Part shown: positions 18,983-28,998 of the stretch, piece after piece
Position numbering within the stretch: the first letter of the stretch is position 1
Layout of the letters: each line of letters begins with the position of its first letter
Assembly: GCA_035626215.1 (NCBI GenBank)
Contig: DASPOD010000041.1
Location: 34,043-98,042, forward strand
DNA length: 64,000 nucleotides
Source of the DNA: Thermoplasmata archaeon
GTDB lineage: Archaea > Thermoplasmatota > Thermoplasmata > Lutacidiplasmatales > UBA184
Reading direction: 5' to 3'
Made by a program: the position numbers and the translations under genes
Notes under the pieces: model-generated
The model's input: the letters and a program-made list of their open reading frames with translations, nothing else
Told to the model about the DNA's origin: nothing
Database searches by the model: none

Positions 18983-19762
18983 ATGTCGCTCGTCGAGGTT
19001 TCCGATCGTGATGGGGTGGGAACCCTCACCCTCAATGACCCGGCGTCCCGCAATGCGCTGAGTTCGGCCTTGGTCAAGGAACTCGTTCAGGGATTGGCGC
19101 TCCTTCGGGAACGCCAGGTCCGGATGGTGGTCCTGCGGGCGGCCAAAGGGGCGACGACCTGGTCCTCGGGTCACGACGTGCGGGAGCTCCCAACCGGCGG
19201 TCGCGACCCGCTCACGTACAGCGACCCGATGCGGAGCGCGATCCGGCAGATCCAGGAGTTTCCCGCGCCCGTCATCGCCCTGGTGGAAGGGGGGGTCTGG
19301 GGTGGGGCGTTCGAACTGGTCACCTCGTGCGACGTCGTGATAGCGACCGAGACGTCCACGTTCGCGATCACGCCGGCCAAGATCGGTCTGCCCTACGATA
19401 TTGTCGGGGTCCTGAACCTCATGCAGTCGGTCAGCATGGTGTTCATCAAGGAGATGCTGTTCCGCGCCCAGCCCGTCCCGGCGGTCCGGGCGATGGCCGC
19501 CGGGGTCGTGAATCGCGTGGTCCCCGCCGAGGAACTCGACTCGGCCCTGGCCGAGATCGCCGCCGACATCCGACGGAACTCTCCTCTCGTGATCTCCCTG
19601 CTCAAGCAGGAGCTGCGGGAACTCGCGGCGGCGCGCCCCCTCGGTGCCGGCACCTACGAGCGACTCCAGTCGATCCGCCGGCAGATCTACGACAGTGAGG
19701 ATTACAAGGAGGGCCTTCGAGCCTTCTTCGAGAAGCGCGCTCCGAAGTTCACGGGTCGGTAG
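18983..19762 (+). CDS. crotonase-fold enzyme closely resembling methylmalonyl-CoA decarboxylase (YgfG/ScpB)
   Basis: WSSGHDVRELPTGGRDPLTYSDP, VEGGVWGGAFEL and YDSEDYKEGLRAFFEKRAPKF parallel E. coli YgfG as I recall it. ATG at 18983 is preceded by agaggtgg. The track start 18968 is a GTG. Confidence 0.75.
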   Translation: MSLVEVSDRDGVGTLTLNDPASRNALSSALVKELVQGLALLRERQVRMVVLRAAKGATTWSSGHDVRELPTGGRDPLTYSDPMRSAIRQIQEFPAPVIALVEGGVWGGAFELVTSCDVVIATETSTFAITPAKIGLPYDIVGVLNLMQSVSMVFIKEMLFRAQPVPAVRAMAAGVVNRVVPAEELDSALAEIAADIRRNSPLVISLLKQELRELAAARPLGAGTYERLQSIRRQIYDSEDYKEGLRAFFEKRAPKFTGR

Positions 19763-19860
19763 ATGGATCCGTAGGAGGCTCCAGCCCGGGCGAAGCCTCG
19801 AAAAACGGCGTATTCGCATATACGAGAAGACGGATTCCCAACCCGCGGGGGTTTTTCGGC

Positions 19861-20082
19861 GTGGAGGAGACTCGAACCGACCGGCCTCAGCGGGCTTCGA
19901 TCGCCCGGTACATCGTTGCGGTAGGGTTCGCAATCGTCGCTCTCATGATAATTTACGAGGCCGTGCGTGCCCAAGGCACGCCCTTCGCGAACGTCCTCAG
20001 CCTGCTGTTCGTGGTCGTACTGGTCACCGTCCTGATCCTTTTTGCCATCTTGAGCCGCAACTCCAACCGCCGAGACGAGTAG
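19861..20082 (+). CDS. small two-TM membrane protein
   Basis: 73-aa ORF with two hydrophobic helices, followed by a hairpin plus TTT. Confidence 0.4.
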   Translation: MEETRTDRPQRASIARYIVAVGFAIVALMIIYEAVRAQGTPFANVLSLLFVVVLVTVLILFAILSRNSNRRDE

Positions 20083-20092
20083 TCCGGCGAAG

Positions 20093-20113
20093 CCCCCTCG
20101 GTCCGAGGGGTTT
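20093..20113 (+). terminator. hairpin (cccctcgg t ccgagggg) followed by ttt
   Basis: Inverted repeat read directly from the sequence, 11 nt after the stop at 20082. Confidence 0.35.
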
Positions 20114-20432
20114 GATAGATGGTAGAACCACCCTCTCGAAGGAAGCGCCTCCGAAGTTGAGCTAATGGCGCTCGCCCGCGTATTCGCGGGAGGTCGCTTC
20201 CCACTCGAGGCCGGCGTTCGAATGGCCGAGTGCGAGCGCAATTTCCCGCACTCTCATGCGGAACGCACTACTTTGGGATTTGATCGAGGGCTCAAGCCAA
20301 CCCACGCAGGGACGGCTGCAACTGAGCCATCGTGAAACCTCGACTTCCCCGCGCCAACTGCAGATGCCGTTCGAAGGGCACCCTTTCCGCGAGGCGCATG
20401 GTTAAGTAGCGTGGCGCGCCGAAGGGCTCGAT

Positions 20433-20864
20433 ATGCCGACTAAGAAGCCTGCCGGACGATTCACCGATGAGGAACGCGCCGCGATGCGGGAGCGAGCCAA
20501 GGAGTTGAGGGCGCGCGCGCGTGCTGGTACCGGAGACGGAGAACGCGATGTGCTTGCGAAGATTGCCGCGATGCCTGAGCCGTATCGGGCTATGGGCGAG
20601 CGGCTTCATGCGGTCATCAAGGCGAGCGCGCCGACCCTCTCGCCGAAGACATGGTACGGTATGCCCGCGTATGCCAAGGGGGGCGAGGTTGTCTGCTTCT
20701 TCCGCGATGGGGCGAAGTTCAAAGAGCGGTACATGACGCTCGGATTCAACGACGCCGCGAGCCTCGACGAAGGCCACATGTGGCCGATCTACTTCGCGCT
20801 GACGGAGCTGACGCCCAGCGACGAGGCAAGAATCGCCGAACTCGTTAGGAAGGCGGTGAGCTGA
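20433..20864 (+). CDS. DUF1801 (YdhG-like) domain protein
   Basis: [43 protein letters not shown] is typical of DUF1801. Confidence 0.65.
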   Translation: MPTKKPAGRFTDEERAAMRERAKELRARARAGTGDGERDVLAKIAAMPEPYRAMGERLHAVIKASAPTLSPKTWYGMPAYAKGGEVVCFFRDGAKFKERYMTLGFNDAASLDEGHMWPIYFALTELTPSDEARIAELVRKAVS

Positions 20865-20948
20865 GACCGCCGAACCAACAAAGCAGGGTTCCGCGCGCGG
20901 ATTGCGTTCGTGGTGGCGGCCGCTTGCGTCCTCGCCGCGGGCCCACCC

Positions 20949-21437
20949 TCACAAGTCCTGAACGAGAAAGCCAGCCGCCCGGAGACGCTCTCCGAGCACC
21001 GCTCGGTGGCACCGTGCCGGGTCGCGCTCGAGGCAGAGGAGGAGACTCTTCGAAGCCTCAGCCCAGTGAATCAGTTCGGCGAGGGCTTCGGGATGCTCAG
21101 CGAGTTTCTGACGATACTCGGTGAGAAACCCATCGGTCGGACCCCCGTGCCAGAGTGCGTGCCGCGACGCCCTCGTACACCCGAGTCCGGGCAGAGGCGT
21201 GTAATGTATCCCAACCGCGGCAAGAGCTTCCCCTAGCTCCCCAGAGGAGAATCCACCCTTCCGGCTCCAGGGGTTCTGCCGAACGTCGATCACACGGTTG
21301 ACTCGGCTCCGCTCGACGATCTCCAGCACTTCACTCAACGAACGTCCCTGGTACCCTAGGGTGAGCACGCGAACACCGGCGCTTCCGTTCGGACCAAGAG
21401 AATCGTTCGCGGTACGGGCCGGGGACTCCCCGCCCAT
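20949..21437 (-). CDS. DUF488 family protein
   Basis: LTLGYQGRSL...VIDVRQNPWSRKGGFS...LLCLERDPARCHR matches the DUF488 pattern. Confidence 0.7.
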   Translation of the reverse strand: MGGESPARTANDSLGPNGSAGVRVLTLGYQGRSLSEVLEIVERSRVNRVIDVRQNPWSRKGGFSSGELGEALAAVGIHYTPLPGLGCTRASRHALWHGGPTDGFLTEYRQKLAEHPEALAELIHWAEASKSLLLCLERDPARCHRAVLGERLRAAGFLVQDL

Positions 21438-21481
21438 TGGAGGCCGCTCCTCGACCGCGCGGGTCGCACTTAGAGCTCGCC

Positions 21482-21670
21482 TCAGCGCCTTGACTTGCTA
21501 CTGTGGGGCTTCGTCGACGGAGCTTCGAACTCGTCCTCGCGTTCGTGCTGAATGTACGACGCCTCGCTCGCGCGCTTGAGGGCCGCTCCATCTCGGTCGC
21601 ACTTTGGGTGAGGGATAGCCGGCTCGATCACGTAGCCACCACCGCAGGTCGGACACTCGTAGTACGGCAT
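21482..21670 (-). CDS. small zinc-ribbon protein
   Basis: MPYYECPTCGG...PKCDRDG (CxxC ... C) in a 62-aa ORF. Confidence 0.4.
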   Translation of the reverse strand: MPYYECPTCGGGYVIEPAIPHPKCDRDGAALKRASEASYIQHEREDEFEAPSTKPHSSKSRR

Positions 21671-21972
21671 ACTCGTCGAAACCCAAGGTCACTCCAAGGC
21701 TAAAGCAAGCGCGGTTGTCAACTCCCCCGCATGGATGCGGGTCGGGAACCTCGATAGTATGTGGTCCTCGGCTGGGAATCCTCTTTGAACGGGAAATGAA
21801 GAAGTTCGCTACGCCGGGACAGAGTACGGTCGCTCACGCTGAGGACGTGGCTAGTTAGCGCTCTTACCGTCAGGCTTTGCGGGTGGAACTCGGGGCGCCA
21901 TTCGGGAAGATGGTGGCGCGGCCGCGTCAACCGCCTGATCTTCAAGGACCACAGAATCGCCGAACGCGCCAA

Positions 21973-22061
21973 CATCATCGCGAGCTCGAGCAGCGCGGCG
22001 AGCAGTACCTGTCGGACCGTCGTGGAGTGACCTCCGCGGACGCAGGCGCGTCAAGGGGCAT
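21973..22061 (-). repeat. copy A of the four-copy small-hydrophobic-peptide repeat (frameshifted)
   Basis: Shares catcatcgcgag..gagcagcgcg.cgagcagt.cctgtcg and gtgacctccgcggacg..ggcgcgtc with copies C and D. It carries an 8-nt insertion relative to C. Confidence 0.7.
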
Positions 22062-22199
22062 CCAAGCCGCGGTCGTGGGATGGGTGACGTTCCACGATTC
22101 AAGTCATGGAGGAGAAGCTTGCGAGCGTAGTTGACTCGGTGAAGAGGATGAAGGGAGGCTCTACAACACCTTCAAGGAGTTCCACGGAAGTTCCCAGGT

Positions 22200-22469
22200 A
22201 TGCGCCTGGCTGGTTGGAGCGTTATCGGAGGGGTCCTTCTGGTGATCGGCGTCGGGTGGGCTTTCTACTACGCCTACGTCATCTATCCGGTTGCCGCAAA
22301 CTGTCCCCCGGGGGCATTGTGCGCATCGCTACTCCCACTCGGGGACCAACCGGCGCTCTGGCTCGGGATTTTTGCGGCGAGCGTCGGTGTACTGATCCTT
22401 ATTGCGACGATCGCTTGGTGGCTAACCCACCCCAGGTTCAATCAACGCCAGTCGACGGCGCGCAGCTGA
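22200..22469 (+). CDS. small two-TM membrane protein
   Basis: 89-aa ORF with two clear hydrophobic helices (WSVIGGVLLVIGVGWAFYYAYVIYPV and LWLGIFAASVGVLILIATIAWWL). Confidence 0.45.
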   Translation: MRLAGWSVIGGVLLVIGVGWAFYYAYVIYPVAANCPPGALCASLLPLGDQPALWLGIFAASVGVLILIATIAWWLTHPRFNQRQSTARS

Positions 22470-22605
22470 GACAGGCGGCTCGGCGCTATTTGGATTAATT
22501 CGCCGCGCTCATGGTCCGTGCTTGTCGCGGTGGGTCAAACAACCTGGTGCACCATTCTCCTCACCACGGCTTAACTATCCCGGTGTTTCCGTGGCTTGGA
22601 GCTCT

Positions 22606-22989
22606 ATGATTCGGGCTTACTTGATTGCTGAGAGCATCAAACCCGGTTCCCGATTGGAGAGCCTACGGCTCAACTTGGTCAAAGTCGAACGTAAGCCACA
22701 GGGGAACGCTGCTCCTCATCAACCCAAAGTCTGGACGTTCATCGAGTTCGAGGCGGACGAAGACCCGGACCGACTCGCAAAGGCCCTTTCTGGGGTTCTC
22801 GATGACACACCATTGGGCGGCAAGCCTCACAGCTGGTACTCGGATTTCATCTGTCAGGACGAGAAGTTTGTCATCTTTCCTCACCGAGTAATCCGCTATC
22901 GACTTGGGGACGGGGAAGGGCTCAAAGAAGCACGCGAGTATGCCCGGTCGGTCGGCGTTCCGCCCCCGCAAGCAGATTGGCAAGAGTGA
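22606..22989 (+). CDS. hypothetical protein
   Basis: 127-aa ORF from ATG 22606 in a locally A/T-richer segment. No motif recognised. Confidence 0.45.
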   Translation: MIRAYLIAESIKPGSRLESLRLNLVKVERKPQGNAAPHQPKVWTFIEFEADEDPDRLAKALSGVLDDTPLGGKPHSWYSDFICQDEKFVIFPHRVIRYRLGDGEGLKEAREYARSVGVPPPQADWQE

Positions 22990-23089
22990 GCCGGGTTCGG
23001 GTCGCAGCAATACATTTCGCTTTCGCGCGGGCCCGTGACTTTCCCAAATCGACCCGGCGAGTCCCTCTTGGGAACTCGCGGCTCGCTCC

Positions 23090-24142
23090 TCAGGGTGTGG
23101 TCGGTGTCAGAGAACCCTTTCTGACCACGGCTTTTCCACCGACGTCAAGATCAGCGGATTGGGTCGTCCCCTGGAACATTCCGAACAACGTTATTGCGCC
23201 CTCCGCGAGCCGGTCCTGGCCGTATCCGTCGCGTAGAATGGGGTTCAACCCGATGACAACAGCCCCGAATGCCCGGCGGTCCTTAGGAGTCGTTCGGACC
23301 AGTTCATCCAGCCATTGCTGGTTTGTCTCGCTCTGCCATTTCACGAGGCGTCCCCGACGAAACTCCAATCGAAGATCACCGGTGGCCCCAATCCGGGGGA
23401 CAGGTGCGTACACCCGGACGGTCCCATTGAGCGAGGAGGCCACGATCTCCCGGGCATAGTAGCCCGGCGGCACGTTCGTCATGTTGCTCCCCGTAGCAAC
23501 ATCATGTCGACTCACCACGCCATCGTCGAGCCCCTCCTCCGCACCCAGCTCGAAGCTCAGGCTCTCCCCTCCGGCTCTCAGAGTTGCTCTCGCCCCCGGT
23601 CGCAGGCGCCTTGAAAGATGCAGGCCCGTGTGCCGAACTTGTTGAAAGTCAATCAGGGCAGCTTTGAACTGGTGCTCGACGATTTGGTCGACAGGCTTGC
23701 ACAAGATTCCGGCCAGCTCAGGTCCCACGTAACCGAAGAGCATTCGGACCCCTCGCAGGTGGGCTTTCTTCGCCGCGCTGTACCAGGACGAGTTGTAAGC
23801 CGTCGACGCGGCGACCTCTTTCTGCGACAGCCTCGACGAGCCCCCTAGCACCGGGCCGGGGACGAAGACATAGGCATCGGACTTCGAGAGTAGCGCGCGC
23901 TCGTGCTTTCCCATCCCACCGACACGTTCCTTGGGAGTCTGTCGAAGGCCCTCCACGAATGTATCCTCGTCCTCGAGGAGGAGAAGGGGTACCGCGCCCA
24001 CGCGTCGAGCTCGGACCGCGACTCTCTTCGCGAACTCGAGCCCGGTGTTCCAGGTCTCGATGGTGACGGTCTCGCCTGCCCGCACGCGGAGCGATTCACG
24101 AAGAACCTTGTCCGCTACCTGGTCCAGAAGCGACGCGTCCAT
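23090..24142 (-). CDS. M29 family aminopeptidase (AmpS/aminopeptidase T-like)
   Basis: N-terminus LRVRAGETVTIETWNTGLEFAKRVAVRARRVGA, the overall 350-aa layout and a C-terminal ITLFG...GTT region resemble peptidase M29. Confidence 0.7.
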   Translation of the reverse strand: MDASLLDQVADKVLRESLRVRAGETVTIETWNTGLEFAKRVAVRARRVGAVPLLLLEDEDTFVEGLRQTPKERVGGMGKHERALLSKSDAYVFVPGPVLGGSSRLSQKEVAASTAYNSSWYSAAKKAHLRGVRMLFGYVGPELAGILCKPVDQIVEHQFKAALIDFQQVRHTGLHLSRRLRPGARATLRAGGESLSFELGAEEGLDDGVVSRHDVATGSNMTNVPPGYYAREIVASSLNGTVRVYAPVPRIGATGDLRLEFRRGRLVKWQSETNQQWLDELVRTTPKDRRAFGAVVIGLNPILRDGYGQDRLAEGAITLFGMFQGTTQSADLDVGGKAVVRKGSLTPTTP

Positions 24143-24237
24143 TGGAACCTCGGGATTGTCGCGGGCGATATTGAACTCTCGCGCGCTGATGGCGGCCAGG
24201 TCGTCATCCTCGCGCGTAGTTCATGACGGCGTCGTGG

Positions 24238-24735
24238 TCATTGCCGCCGGCGTAGCCGTTGTCGCGGCACGACCGTGCGCTGTGGTTGGGGTTTCGTTCT
24301 CGGGCTCATCAGTTCGATGTGGATTCCATCCGGATCCAGCACGAAGGCGCCCTGACCCTTGAACCTTCGCTGCTTTGGGACCGGCCAACCCGGAGGAACC
24401 GGCCAAGTTGCGTCAAACGGCTTCCACTTCACTCTGCCCCCAGCCTGGACAAGGCGGCGCGCCCACCGGTCCACATCATCGACCCAGAATCCGAGGTGGT
24501 CCAGCTCCTCACCGGACTTGTACGGCTTGAAGTGGGATTTCCCGCGTCGATATTGATTCAGTTCGATCGTGAAGTGCCGGAAGGGGTGGTCGAGCAACAC
24601 AAACTCTCCCAGAGAAGTTCGGTGTCGGATTCTCTGCCGGAACCCCAAGACGTTAAAGAAACGGATTGAGCGGTCCAGGTTCCGAACGCGAAGACCCGTA
24701 TAGAGCGGTCGTGCGCGCGCATTTCTCGGAGCCAC
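24238..24735 (-). CDS. VOC/glyoxalase family protein
   Basis: LYTGLRVRNLDRSIRFFNVLGF ... HLGFWVDDVD ... AFVLDPDGIHIELM. Confidence 0.7.
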   Translation of the reverse strand: MAPRNARARPLYTGLRVRNLDRSIRFFNVLGFRQRIRHRTSLGEFVLLDHPFRHFTIELNQYRRGKSHFKPYKSGEELDHLGFWVDDVDRWARRLVQAGGRVKWKPFDATWPVPPGWPVPKQRRFKGQGAFVLDPDGIHIELMSPRTKPQPQRTVVPRQRLRRRQ

Positions 24736-24881
24736 GAGGGGCGGATTCCCTCGGTTCGGTTAAACGTTGGTTCGACCCGCCGCCCCGCGCTGGTCGGTCG
24801 ACCAGGACGAGACGACCCAAGGATTCGCTGAGTTCGGCCAACTCAGACGGGCTGGCCTCGAAAACCCAATGTGCCGGTACG

Positions 24882-24971
24882 AACGGCAAACGGCGCTTTG
24901 AAAATAGACGAATTTTCTGACGTGAGGTGGGCCCGGCCGGATTTGAACCGGCGATCTTCCGGTTATCAGCC
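24882..24971. repeat. direct repeat, left copy: 46 nt of the tRNA-Ile downstream flank plus 44 nt of the tRNA 3' half (att-like)
   Basis: 87/90 identical by hand alignment to 33915..34004. 24928..24971 is the reverse complement of GGCTGATAACCGGAAGATCGCCGGTTCAAATCCGGCCGGGCCCA. Confidence 0.9.
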
Positions 24972-25115
24972 CGCACGTCAGAGAAAATGCCGTTGGGCGC
25001 GGCTTTACCCGACCTGGGACCCCGACGATCCGCCCACGGATGCCCTCGACCGTTCGTTCGCCTGGTTCGCCGAGACTTCGGGCGCGTCGAAGGACATACC
25101 ATGCGATAGCTTGGC

Positions 25116-25793
25116 TCAACAAGACGGCCGGTCCTGCTGAGAAATGCGCTGTCTGAACCTCGCCTCAAGACCTGTTGGTCTGAGCACGAACGACACACCG
25201 TCTAGGTATTCCGGCCAGCCCACATCCTCGTTCCGAACCCCCAGAAACCCTTCGCGAAGCACCGACACGTTCCAGTCGTGGGTGACGAGGACTTCTAGGC
25301 GTGGCCCCAGGCCCGTTGAGCCGAGCCTTTCTTTCATGAGGTCCAGATGGATTCGGAGCGACTCCGACAGCGAAAGCATCAGGCCTGGTTCAAGCCTTCC
25401 TGAGAACCATTCTCGAATGAACGAGGTTCCGAGTGTATCCGCCTTCCTCAGTGCGGAGTCACGATCGATTAAGTAGGAACCGCCCAACCTCCGCTCGCTC
25501 CGGATTTCGAACACGGTTGACCCGGCCGTCCTCGCGCCTGAGCTCAACGCGAGCGCGGTCTGTTCGCACCGGGCTACGGGGCTGTGAAGAATTCTGATTC
25601 CCGCGTACCGGGCAAGCTGACGACCCATTTCCTCGGCGGCAATTACGCCGGAGTCAGTAAGTCCGACATAGTTTAGATCGCGCGCATGTGGGATCGGGAG
25701 CCGTTCTGCATGACGGATGACGATGGCCGCGACGTCGGGCCATCCCCAGTCTTGCAGGTCGTCAATCACAGGAAACACAGCATTCGGTGCCAT
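25116..25793 (-). CDS. histidine phosphatase (phosphoglycerate mutase-like) family protein
   Basis: IVIRHAERLP (RHxE-type motif) and LVTHDWN. ATG at 25793; the track start 25811 is TTG. Confidence 0.65.
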   Translation of the reverse strand: MAPNAVFPVIDDLQDWGWPDVAAIVIRHAERLPIPHARDLNYVGLTDSGVIAAEEMGRQLARYAGIRILHSPVARCEQTALALSSGARTAGSTVFEIRSERRLGGSYLIDRDSALRKADTLGTSFIREWFSGRLEPGLMLSLSESLRIHLDLMKERLGSTGLGPRLEVLVTHDWNVSVLREGFLGVRNEDVGWPEYLDGVSFVLRPTGLEARFRQRISQQDRPSC

Positions 25794-25932
25794 GCCGATG
25801 ATGGGAGGCAATTAGAGGCCGTTACCGTAGCGGGAGGTCGGTCCCTTCATAGATGGAGCGATATAAATCGACGGACTGAGTCTCACGAACCCGACACAAA
25901 CCTCCGCGATTGGGATCTACCCAGAGGGGGCG

Positions 25933-26667
25933 TTAGATTCTTTCGACCGACCGAGCAATATCGTTGCCCCCGGTCCTTTGAGGATAAACATCGGCCGTCA
26001 GTCGAACCAGACGGCCTCCCGCCACGACGAACCACAGCAAGATGGAGGCTAGGGCCAAACGCTCCATCCCGCCGAAGCCGAGGGGGCCATACGGTGGACC
26101 CGCTAGCTCGACGATGGCCGCTCCTAAGACGAGGAGGCCCGATGTGATTGAATAGGCTCGATATCGAACCCATCGCACGTCCCGAATCATAGAGGTGCCC
26201 AGAAGTAGGATTCCAACGCCGCCACCGACCAGTCCAAGGATTGACCCCAAGTAGTGCATCACACCCGGGACATCTTCGGGGAACGCGCCGGCGAGAATCG
26301 CCCCAAACCCCAGGAGGCCCAGGCACGCGAGACCACCTGAGGCGGACGGACGCGATGGGAATGCCGAACTCACCGCCAGCGAGCCCCCGAGAATAAGGAG
26401 ACCAAATACAACTGCGGAAAGGTCGAAGGCGATGTGCCACGGTGAACATACGTAAAGTCCTTCTTTCACGTTCGTCTGGCAATACGCCGCGCCAAGGTCG
26501 CTGATGACGTTGTTAGCAAGACTGTACGGGGTGGTCCAGGCCAATTGGACGACGATCATCGCGATGACGAACTGGATCGGACCGACGATCCAGAGTACCG
26601 CACCGAGCCGGACCGATCGCGTTCTCGGAACGCGTTCCGAAGAGGGCCCCCCCGTCTCTGAGGCCAT
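25933..26667 (-). CDS. DUF998-like membrane protein
   Basis: Six or more TM segments and NNVISDLGA, which resembles the DUF998 signature. Start trimmed to MASETGG. Confidence 0.55.
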   Translation of the reverse strand: MASETGGPSSERVPRTRSVRLGAVLWIVGPIQFVIAMIVVQLAWTTPYSLANNVISDLGAAYCQTNVKEGLYVCSPWHIAFDLSAVVFGLLILGGSLAVSSAFPSRPSASGGLACLGLLGFGAILAGAFPEDVPGVMHYLGSILGLVGGGVGILLLGTSMIRDVRWVRYRAYSITSGLLVLGAAIVELAGPPYGPLGFGGMERLALASILLWFVVAGGRLVRLTADVYPQRTGGNDIARSVERI

Positions 26668-27083
26668 CTGACTCGCCGCTTCGAGATTCGGTCGTGCGGT
26701 AATAAACCGCCCGACGTCGGGCGTCGTGAGGGGGAGAACGTCAGTCAATGTGGTATCGCGGGCGCTCCACGCGAAGCTACGCGACCTGGACGCGGGCGAC
26801 AACTTCGGGGAGGTGGTCGTGCAATCGCGGCCAGAAGCATCAGGATTTGAGGGCCGCGGGTGATGCCTTCGAGGGATCCTACGCGCCTGTCCCGACCGTT
26901 CCGGGACGGGCTAGGGGAGAGGGACCCGAGGGGGAGCCTCTGACAGAGTCTCCCCCGAGCGAAAGATTCGATGCTCAACAAACTTCTCGGACTTCCCAGC
27001 GTCCCGTTTCAGCCTGCCCTTCGAAGGGTGGCCTTCCAGCGGAGGTCAATAGAGATGATATCTTGACCTGCGATGAGAGATTG

Positions 27084-27263
27084 ATGGCGAACCCCCCGCC
27101 GATTGCGAACTTACCTTGGTGCCCGAACTGCAAGCAACCCCTTGGTCCGCCAGACATCGGCCAGATGCAGGTGGCCGGGGCCGGGTTCTCATCGGCGGGC
27201 CTGAGCATCGTCTTCTGCCGAAGATGTGGTGTGATTCTCGGGCCGGCCACGGGAAGGCTCTAA
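27084..27263 (+). CDS. small zinc-ribbon protein
   Basis: 59 aa with WCPNCKQ...FCRRCG (two CxxC pairs). Confidence 0.4.
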   Translation: MANPPPIANLPWCPNCKQPLGPPDIGQMQVAGAGFSSAGLSIVFCRRCGVILGPATGRL

Positions 27264-27358
27264 GTCGTCCGGTTAGGAACACACGGGCCGCGTCTCCTTT
27301 TCGAGGGACCCCACGTCGATTTTCGGTCAGGGAAGCCGAAGGGGCCAGCGCGACCGCG

Positions 27359-27428
27359 TCACCGTACCACCAGCTCCCACCACACCCACAGCCCCGTGGA
27401 CATTGAGCCCATCATCGCGAGCGCGAGG
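27359..27428 (-). repeat. copy B of the small-hydrophobic-peptide repeat (C-terminal part only)
   Basis: The minus strand reads ..LALAMMGSMSTGLWVWWELVVR*. There is no in-frame start upstream other than the internal MM. Confidence 0.65.
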
Positions 27429-27575
27429 CTAACGCCGGCGCAGCCAGAGAACAAGGAAGATACCGGACCCGACGAATTCGACCGCAGCAAGCAGGAATGC
27501 TAGGATGAAGAGGCAGATTACTCCCAATGCTAGAAGTGTCACGGCGACAATGAGGTGCCGAGTGCTGCGTTCCAT
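27429..27575 (-). CDS. 48-aa two-TM peptide (below the ORF-track length cutoff)
   Basis: Hand translation gives MERSTRHLIVAVTLLALGVICLFILAFLLAAVEFVGSGIFLVLWLRRR*. An ATAAAG box lies about 23 nt upstream of the ATG. Confidence 0.35.
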   Translation of the reverse strand: MERSTRHLIVAVTLLALGVICLFILAFLLAAVEFVGSGIFLVLWLRRR

Positions 27576-27661
27576 CTAGTGGGCCATGTCAGCCTTTATC
27601 GCGAAATGAGCTTGATGCTCTCGTTGTCTTCGGAAGGTTTGAGGGAGGAACACGCATCCGA

Positions 27662-27850
27662 CTAGCGCACCGCGATCCCCCACCACAGCCACAGCCCCGC
27701 GGACATCGAGCCCATCATCGCAAGCGCGAGCAGCGCGACGAGCAGTCCCTGTCGTGGAGTTATTGAGAGGCCTCGGCGCCCGCAGAGCCAGCAAGGGCTT
27801 CTAAACCGCGAGCGGCTGTCGAAAAGTGAAAAGTGTCGTCGGTGAGCCAC
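27662..27850 (-). CDS. small membrane peptide (copy C of the repeat family, the only copy with an open 60+ aa frame)
   Basis: C-terminus TPRQGLLVALLALAMMGSMSAGLWLWWGIAVR. GTG start 21 nt after the cupin gene stop. Confidence 0.4.
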   Translation of the reverse strand: MAHRRHFSLFDSRSRFRSPCWLCGRRGLSITPRQGLLVALLALAMMGSMSAGLWLWWGIAVR

Positions 27851-27871
27851 AAGGCTCGCTCGATTCCTCGG

Positions 27872-28228
27872 TCAGGTCCCACGACCGCGGAGCATGACCG
27901 GCACCATCTTCGAGCGTCCGGGAGATTCGAGGGCGTGCGGCACATTCGAGGGGATGCGGACTATGATGCCGGAAGTAGCACGAACTTGTGTGCCTCCAAC
28001 CGTGATTAGCAACGTGCCTTCGATGACCTCTACGAGCGCCTCGTACGGGGACGCGTGCTCGCTCAGTTCCTGACCTTCATCGAAGGCAAAGAGGGTTACA
28101 TTCCCTCCCCCAGACTGAGCGATAACACGGCTAGAGATTCCTTGCTCGGCGTAGGAGATCAAAGCGTTCAACTCAAGGGCTTCCGCGGAGGGAATCGTGG
28201 CTTTGGCGGGCATAGCGCGTTCTCGCAC
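27872..28228 (-). CDS. cupin domain protein
   Basis: GNVTLFAFDEGQELSEHASPYEALVEVIEGTLLITVGG...IPSNVPHAL has the two-motif cupin pattern. Confidence 0.7.
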   Translation of the reverse strand: MRERAMPAKATIPSAEALELNALISYAEQGISSRVIAQSGGGNVTLFAFDEGQELSEHASPYEALVEVIEGTLLITVGGTQVRATSGIIVRIPSNVPHALESPGRSKMVPVMLRGRGT

Positions 28229-28355
28229 TCCCCGTTCTTAACATTTCGTTGCGGCGACCCGCGCCTCGAGCACGGCGATCGAGATTACCTCGCCGCACGC
28301 TCATTACGATTGGTCAGCGAACGCGCGGTCTTCTCATGAAAGTTACGTGATATCG

Positions 28356-28796
28356 TCAACGCCGTCGGGTTAGCGAGTAGATCTCCAGCACGTTGTTGTC
28401 GGGATCCCTCCAAGCGTTGGAGACGTACCACCGATTACCGTGGGCATCCTGCCAATCCGTCGAGTACACCGGGCGGAAACCCCTGCGACGAAGGGCCGCC
28501 TCCAAGTCCGCGACGCGTTTCCCGGACGGAACCGCGAACGCGATGTGGTCGGAGATCGGGTCCTTGACCCCGTCGATTGGAACGTGGGGGGCCTTACGGC
28601 GGACTCTCGGAGGTCGACTGACGGTGACCCAAATCGCGGTACGCCCCTTTCGGTATCCCAGCCAATAGGGATCGTTCGACATCTCGCGCCGGAAGCCAAG
28701 GACGGAAAGGAATCGGTCGTAAAACTGGCGTGCTCGCCGTAGGTCACTGACCTCGAGATTGACGTGTCCGAGTCGCACGCCTTCCGACAGGGGCAT
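28356..28796 (-). CDS. VOC/glyoxalase family protein
   Basis: LGHVNLEVSDLRRARQFYDRFLSVLGF ... HIAFAV ... WRDPDNNVLEIY. Start is at MPLSEG; an alternative ATG is at 28829. Confidence 0.7.
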   Translation of the reverse strand: MPLSEGVRLGHVNLEVSDLRRARQFYDRFLSVLGFRREMSNDPYWLGYRKGRTAIWVTVSRPPRVRRKAPHVPIDGVKDPISDHIAFAVPSGKRVADLEAALRRRGFRPVYSTDWQDAHGNRWYVSNAWRDPDNNVLEIYSLTRRR

Positions 28797-28998
28797 GTCG
28801 TAACGGAATCCGAGGCACGCCTTGAGCATTCGCCGAGCACCCCTCGAGTTCGCGCCCGCGCTTGTCGCGATCTTCCATCGGCCGGTCGCCCCCTTTTTGA
28901 AGTTCGCGGCGAGCAGTCTCTATTGTACGCTCACTGAAAGACAGTCCTACGCGCGCTTCAGAGTCGCGGAAGCGGCCTCATGAGCGCGCGTTTTTCGT

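Noticed and set aside
19850-19885. tggaggagactcgaacc, resembling the reverse complement of a tRNA 3' end
   Set aside because: No 5-bp T stem with a 7-nt loop can be formed and no acceptor complement is found. It lies at the start of a plausible small membrane ORF.
20165-20399. Two 30-35-aa minus-strand ORFs with HTH-like wording (MRLAERVPFERHLQLARGSRGFTMAQL.., MRVREIALALGHSNAGLEWE..)
   Set aside because: They are too short and lie in different frames. They may be relics of a regulator gene, but this cannot be supported from sequence alone.
22395-22430. About 23/32-nt similarity between tgcgacgatcgcttggtggctaaccc (22.4 kb) and tgcgatgagagattgatggcgaaccc (27.07 kb)
   Set aside because: It is short, imperfect, and falls in different reading frames of the supported ORFs. 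I treat it as chance or at best very old homology.
24871-25140. ORFs crossing the repeat/tRNA (24871..25140, 24760..25122, 33832..34044), considered as split SSV-type integrase halves
   Set aside because: The translations are just read-through of tRNA sequence (..ARPDLNRR.SGYQP..). They show no integrase-like motifs, and joining the island ends in silico does not create a long ORF.
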